DNA of 46,253 nucleotides from a virus (Duplodnaviria; Heunggongvirae; Uroviricota; Caudoviricetes): IMG/VR virus record IMGVR_UViG_2721755496_000003, positions 1 to 46,253 of that record; one strand, 5' to 3'. Shown piece by piece: positions 42,122 to 46,253 of this stretch (position 1 is its first letter; each line of letters starts with the position of its first letter). The notes under the pieces were generated by a model. It saw only the letters and a program-made list of their open reading frames with translations, ran no database searches and was not told where the DNA came from. The position numbers and the translations under genes were made by a program.

Positions 42122-42279
42122 CTTCGGCATTTGCACTGGTGATGACGGTTTTTCTTACAGCAGGTGAGTCACAGAATATGATTACCGGAATTTATGACAG
42201 TAAGGCAACCTGCCTTCAGGCAAGAGATGAGCAAAAATTTTCCGGCGAATGCCTCCCGTTAAAAAAAGTATCTCTGTAA
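42118..42279 (+). CDS. Small protein (53 aa) ATGA-coupled to dicB; YdfD-like position
   Basis: MTSAFALVMTVFLTAGESQ... hydrophobic N-terminus; not in ORF track. Confidence 0.4.
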   Translation: MTSAFALVMTVFLTAGESQNMITGIYDSKATCLQARDEQKFSGECLPLKKVSL

Positions 42280-42393
42280 TAACGAAACACCGGCTGGATA
42301 ACCCACCAGCCATATTAACGCCATACCAACTGATTAAGCATGCCTGAAATGGCAGGGGTTCATACAACCTTAAAATAGTTATGAGGTTTATCA

Positions 42394-44832
42394 ATGAGCA
42401 CTGATAAAGAAGAATTTGCACTATATTGCGAAGCAAAAAATGACAAAGTCAGAAAACGCCTAGGAATTAAAGGTGGTTTTTACTGGACTACAGCAAAAAA
42501 ATTATCTGTTGCTATCTCCCGCTGCATTACTGCAATGGATGACAACGATTATGATGAAGACGACTTTAAAAAACCCGTCCGTGTCCATTTACCCGTTGTG
42601 AATGACCTTCCACCGGAAGGCGTGTTTGATACCGAATTCTGCAATCGATATGAAAAAGGCGGGGAAGATGGCATCACAATGATATTTAGCGCGCCCTCTT
42701 CCTCTTCGCAGCACAAACCAGCCAGCACTGACAATACCAACGTCAACGGCGAAGATATGACAGAGATTGAGGATGGTATGCTCCTGCCGATTTCTGGTCA
42801 GGAACTGCCCGTTCGCTGGCTTGCACAACACGGCAGCGAGAAACCGGTAACACACGTTTCACGGGAAGAACTTCGGGCATTGCATAGTGCACTGGATGAA
42901 GAACTCCCTACGGTTACAACCCGTGCCATCTCAAATAAAGCAGCTCAACTGGGGCCGCTGGAAATTCAGGATTTATACAAACTGGTTCGGGATACTGACA
43001 GTGTTTTTCCCGTCCCCGTAAATTCGGAACTAGGGATAATGACCGCTTTCATCGAAGCATACCTGGACACTGACTACACCGATCGAGGTCTGCTGACAAA
43101 AGAGTGGATGAAAGGAAATCGTGTTTCACGCATCACTCGCACGGCTTCCGGTGCTAATGCTGGAGGCGGGAACCTTACCGATCGCGGCGACGGTTTCATC
43201 CACGATCAGGCATCATTGGCGCGCGACATAGCCACTGGCGTACTGGCCCGTTCAATGGACGTGGACATTTATAACCTTCATCCGGTACACGCTAAACGCA
43301 TTGAGCAAATTATCGCTGAAAATAAACCGCCCTTTTCTGTTTTCCGCGACAAATTCATCGCCATGCCTGGTGGGCTGGATTATTCCCGCGCCATCGTGGT
43401 TGCGTCCGTGAAAGAAGCACCAATTGGTATCGAGGTCATCCCTGCGCACGTCACTGAATATCTGAACAAGGTACTTACTGAAACCGATCATGCCAACCCT
43501 GATCCGGAAATCGTAGATATTGCCTGCGGTCGCTCCTCTGCCCCGATGCCGCAGCGTGTAACAGAAGAAGGAAAACAGGATGATGAAGAAAAACTGCAAC
43601 CATCTGGCGCAATGGCAAATGAACAGGCAACGCCTGAAGCAGTGGAACCGGATACAACTGAACATCATCAGGACACTCAGTCGATGGATGCTCAGCCACA
43701 GATAAATTCTGTTGATGCGAAATATCAGAAACTGCGGTCAGAACTCCATGAAGGAAGGAAAAACATTCCACCCCAAAATCCTGTTGATGCCGACAAGTTA
43801 CTGGCTGCTTCTCGTGGAGAATTTGTTGAAGGTATTAGCGACCCGAATGATCCGAAATGGGTGAAGGGGATTGAAACCCGCGATTCTGTGAACCAGCAAG
43901 AAACGGAACAGAACGACCAAAATGCAGAACAAAACGGCCCAAATGCGCGACAAAACGAGCCAGAAACGAAACTGCTTGAACCAGTAGCGCAACAGGAACC
44001 GGAAAAAGTCTGCACCGCCTGCGGTCAGCGCGGTGGCGGCAACTGCCCTGATTGTGGCGCGGTGATGGGCGACGCAACATATCAGGAAACATTCGATGAA
44101 GAAAATCAGGCTGAATCTCAGAAAAAAGATCCGGAGGAAATGAAAGGCACTGACCATCCTCATAAGGAGGACACTGGTGGTGATCAGTATCACGCCAGCG
44201 ATAATAAAACTGGCGAGGCGGCAGCTCTCTCAATTAAGGTGAACGGTCATCACGAAATCACATCCACCAGCAGGACGTGTGACCATCTAATGATCGACCT
44301 TGAAACCATGGGAAAAAATCCTGATGCCGCGATTATCTCAATAGGTGCAATATTTTTCGATCCGCAAACCGGAGATATGGGACCGGAATTTAGTAAGACT
44401 ATCGATCTGGAAACTGCTGGCGGAGTCATTGATCGGGACACCATTAAATGGTGGCTGAAGCAATCACGCGAAGCGCAATCTGCCATTATGACCGATGAAA
44501 TCCCGTTAGATGATGCACTGTTACAATTGCGGGAATTTATCGACGAAAACTCCGATGAATTTTTTGTTCAGGTCTGGGGAAATGGAGCCAACTTCGACAA
44601 CACGATTTTGCGCCGTTCATACGAACGGCAGGAGATCCCCTGCCCGTGGCGCTACCACAACGATCGCGATGTACACACAATTGTTGAGCTGGGGAAAGCC
44701 ATAGACTTCGATGCCAGAACGGCTATTCCATTCGAAGGTGAGCGCCATAATGCACTTGATGACGCCCGTTACCAGGCAAAATACGTTTCAGCTATCTGGC
44801 AAAAACTGATCCCGAGTCAGGCTGATTTTTAA
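42394..44832 (+). CDS. RecE-like (exodeoxyribonuclease VIII family N-terminal region) protein with zinc ribbon and C-terminal DEDDh 3'-5' exonuclease domain
   Basis: 812 aa; N-terminal and central blocks ([58 protein letters not shown]...) resemble RecE as recalled; CTACGQ-N9-CPDCG; C-terminal [22 protein letters not shown] motifs. Confidence 0.6.
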   Translation: MSTDKEEFALYCEAKNDKVRKRLGIKGGFYWTTAKKLSVAISRCITAMDDNDYDEDDFKKPVRVHLPVVNDLPPEGVFDTEFCNRYEKGGEDGITMIFSAPSSSSQHKPASTDNTNVNGEDMTEIEDGMLLPISGQELPVRWLAQHGSEKPVTHVSREELRALHSALDEELPTVTTRAISNKAAQLGPLEIQDLYKLVRDTDSVFPVPVNSELGIMTAFIEAYLDTDYTDRGLLTKEWMKGNRVSRITRTASGANAGGGNLTDRGDGFIHDQASLARDIATGVLARSMDVDIYNLHPVHAKRIEQIIAENKPPFSVFRDKFIAMPGGLDYSRAIVVASVKEAPIGIEVIPAHVTEYLNKVLTETDHANPDPEIVDIACGRSSAPMPQRVTEEGKQDDEEKLQPSGAMANEQATPEAVEPDTTEHHQDTQSMDAQPQINSVDAKYQKLRSELHEGRKNIPPQNPVDADKLLAASRGEFVEGISDPNDPKWVKGIETRDSVNQQETEQNDQNAEQNGPNARQNEPETKLLEPVAQQEPEKVCTACGQRGGGNCPDCGAVMGDATYQETFDEENQAESQKKDPEEMKGTDHPHKEDTGGDQYHASDNKTGEAAALSIKVNGHHEITSTSRTCDHLMIDLETMGKNPDAAIISIGAIFFDPQTGDMGPEFSKTIDLETAGGVIDRDTIKWWLKQSREAQSAIMTDEIPLDDALLQLREFIDENSDEFFVQVWGNGANFDNTILRRSYERQEIPCPWRYHNDRDVHTIVELGKAIDFDARTAIPFEGERHNALDDARYQAKYVSAIWQKLIPSQADF

Positions 44833-44896
44833 TGTTCAACCCCGGTCGTCGCCCACCAGCTATAGTGGCGGCGACCATGATTAGCGAACGACGCTC

Positions 44897-45145
44897 ATGG
44901 CAAGACTTATTCTGCTCACTGAGTGGGCAAAAGAGGAATTCAGCGATCCGGTCCCTACTCCGGGCACGTTAAGTAAATACGCTAAAGCCGGAATGATATT
45001 TCCTCTCCCCAAAAAAGTTGGAAGACACTGGCGAGTGGATCCGCGAGCTCGCTTTGTCGGAATGGTAAACAAGCCGGAGGTGATCGCCACAGATCACCCT
45101 GCTTTGAAGAGGATACTGGAAGATGGCGCGCCCGCGAAAATATAA
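44897..45145 (+). CDS. xis: Excisionase (Xis)
   Basis: 82 aa; overlaps the int start by 23 nt; ...IFPLPKKVGRHWRVDP... excisionase-like. Confidence 0.6.
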   Translation: MARLILLTEWAKEEFSDPVPTPGTLSKYAKAGMIFPLPKKVGRHWRVDPRARFVGMVNKPEVIATDHPALKRILEDGAPAKI

Positions 45146-46253
45146 AACCAATGTTCCGGGATTATCTCCGTATTTTGACAAAAGAAATAACAAAGTTTAC
45201 TGGCGTTACAGGCATCCCATAACAGGCAAAAATCACGGTCTCGGCAGTATTGACCAGAAACTGGCAGAAACTATTGCAGCAGAAGCGAACAGCCGTCTTG
45301 CCAGGCAGCAAATGGAACAAATGCTCAGTCTGCAGGAGAAAATTATTAATGATACCGGCGGTTCATCAACCGTTTCCATTTTTCTGAATAATTACAGAAA
45401 AACTCAACAGGAAAGATATGAAAACGGAGAAATCAAACTCAACACGCTGAAACAGAAAGCGGCCCCTCTCAGGGTTTTTGATGAACGTTTTGGCACCAGA
45501 CCGTTAAATGCCATAACCGTAAAGGATGTGGTATCGGTGCTGGAAGAGTACAAGTCCAGAGGACATAACAGAATGGGACAAATTTTCAGGAAGGTACTGA
45601 TCGATGTTTTCCGGGAAGCTCAGCAAACGGGCGATGTCCCGCCAGGCTTTAACCCTGCAGAATCGGCAAAAAAACCACAGGTGCGGATATCAAGACAGCG
45701 ACTGACTTTTGATGAGTGGACGATGATTTATAACGCAGCGGAAAAGGATGGTTACTTTTTACAGCGCGGTATGCTGCTGGCACTGATGACAGGCCAGCGC
45801 CTTTCAGATATTTGCAAAATGCAATTTTCGGATATCCGGGATGGTTATCTTCATGTCGAACAGCAAAAAACAGGAACCCGGATTGCCATCCCTCTGGCTC
45901 TGCGTTGCGATAAATTAAATCTCACCCTGGATGATGTGGTGTCATCCTGTCGCGATTGCGTTCTTAGTCCGTGGTTATTACATCATCATCACGCTAAAGG
46001 GACAGGTAAACGTGGCGGGATGGTTAAGCCAGCAACGTTAACAATTGCATTTAAAAAAGCCAGGGATTCTGTGGATTACAACTGGCGTGCTAATGGCACC
46101 CCACCCTCTTTCCATGAGCAGAGATCTTTATCAGAACGATTGTTCAGAGAACAGGGAATTGATACCAAAATTTTGCTGGGCCATTCGAATCAAAAAATGA
46201 CCGATATTTACAACGATGCACGCGGTAAGGAATGGAAAAAACTGGTCATTTGA
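45123..46253 (+). CDS. int: Tyrosine site-specific integrase (lambda Int family)
   Basis: 376 aa; C-terminus LLGHSNQKMTDIYNDARGKEWKKLVI parallels the lambda Int C-terminus including the catalytic Tyr; stop codon is the last 3 nt of the window. Confidence 0.85.
   Translation: MARPRKYKTNVPGLSPYFDKRNNKVYWRYRHPITGKNHGLGSIDQKLAETIAAEANSRLARQQMEQMLSLQEKIINDTGGSSTVSIFLNNYRKTQQERYENGEIKLNTLKQKAAPLRVFDERFGTRPLNAITVKDVVSVLEEYKSRGHNRMGQIFRKVLIDVFREAQQTGDVPPGFNPAESAKKPQVRISRQRLTFDEWTMIYNAAEKDGYFLQRGMLLALMTGQRLSDICKMQFSDIRDGYLHVEQQKTGTRIAIPLALRCDKLNLTLDDVVSSCRDCVLSPWLLHHHHAKGTGKRGGMVKPATLTIAFKKARDSVDYNWRANGTPPSFHEQRSLSERLFREQGIDTKILLGHSNQKMTDIYNDARGKEWKKLVI

Overview
The window is an almost complete lambdoid prophage of an Escherichia/Shigella-type host, bounded exactly by the stop codon of a tail-fibre accessory gene (pos 1-3) and the stop codon of a tyrosine integrase (46251-46253); att sites must lie outside the window. 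It is mosaic. (1) 1-21193, minus strand: a lambda-type virion module in canonical order, Nu1-A-W-B-C/Nu3-D-E-FI-FII-Z-U-V-G/T-H-M-L-K-I-J-lom-stf-tfa, with translations that are near-identical to lambda as I recall them, a conserved G-T frameshift site, and a cos region at about 21194-21400. (2) 22457-27443, minus strand: a phage 21/933W-like lysis cassette (dual-start pinholin S, SAR endolysin R, Rz/Rz1) preceded by a nanS-p-type sialate O-acetylesterase, but interrupted by inserted small genes and terminators. (3) 27468-31300: the slot that carries tRNAs and stx in Stx phages holds instead an LpxR-like outer-membrane lipid A deacylase (plus strand), a polytopic membrane protein and a small putative DNA-binding protein, just downstream of a pR'/tR'-like late promoter and terminator; no stx or tRNA genes were found. 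(4) 31407-39820, minus strand: a Rac/Qin-like early-right operon (YdaS Cro-like, YdaT, YdaU-type initiator, P-like helicase loader, nin-like genes including a small DNA methyltransferase, DUF968, RusA, Q) with a convergent ParD/ParE toxin-antitoxin pair and several unexplained small genes. (5) 39921-46253, plus strand: a non-S24 HTH repressor, a Qin-like dicB-type operon (ydfA-like, DicF sRNA, dicB, ydfD-like), a RecE-like 812-aa protein whose C-terminus is a DEDDh 3'-5' exonuclease, xis and int. The most interesting unexplained elements are (a) a minus-strand coiled-coil/zinc-ribbon gene inserted antisense in the dicB-type operon, (b) a plus-strand membrane-anchored gene with its own -10 element and RBS inside the replication operon, (c) the membrane protein and small protein at the stx-equivalent position, (d) a 158-aa protein ATGA-coupled to a 27-aa hydrophobic peptide, and (e) extra small membrane ORFs inside the lysis cassette. 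All calls rest on reading the translations and motifs; no database search was run.
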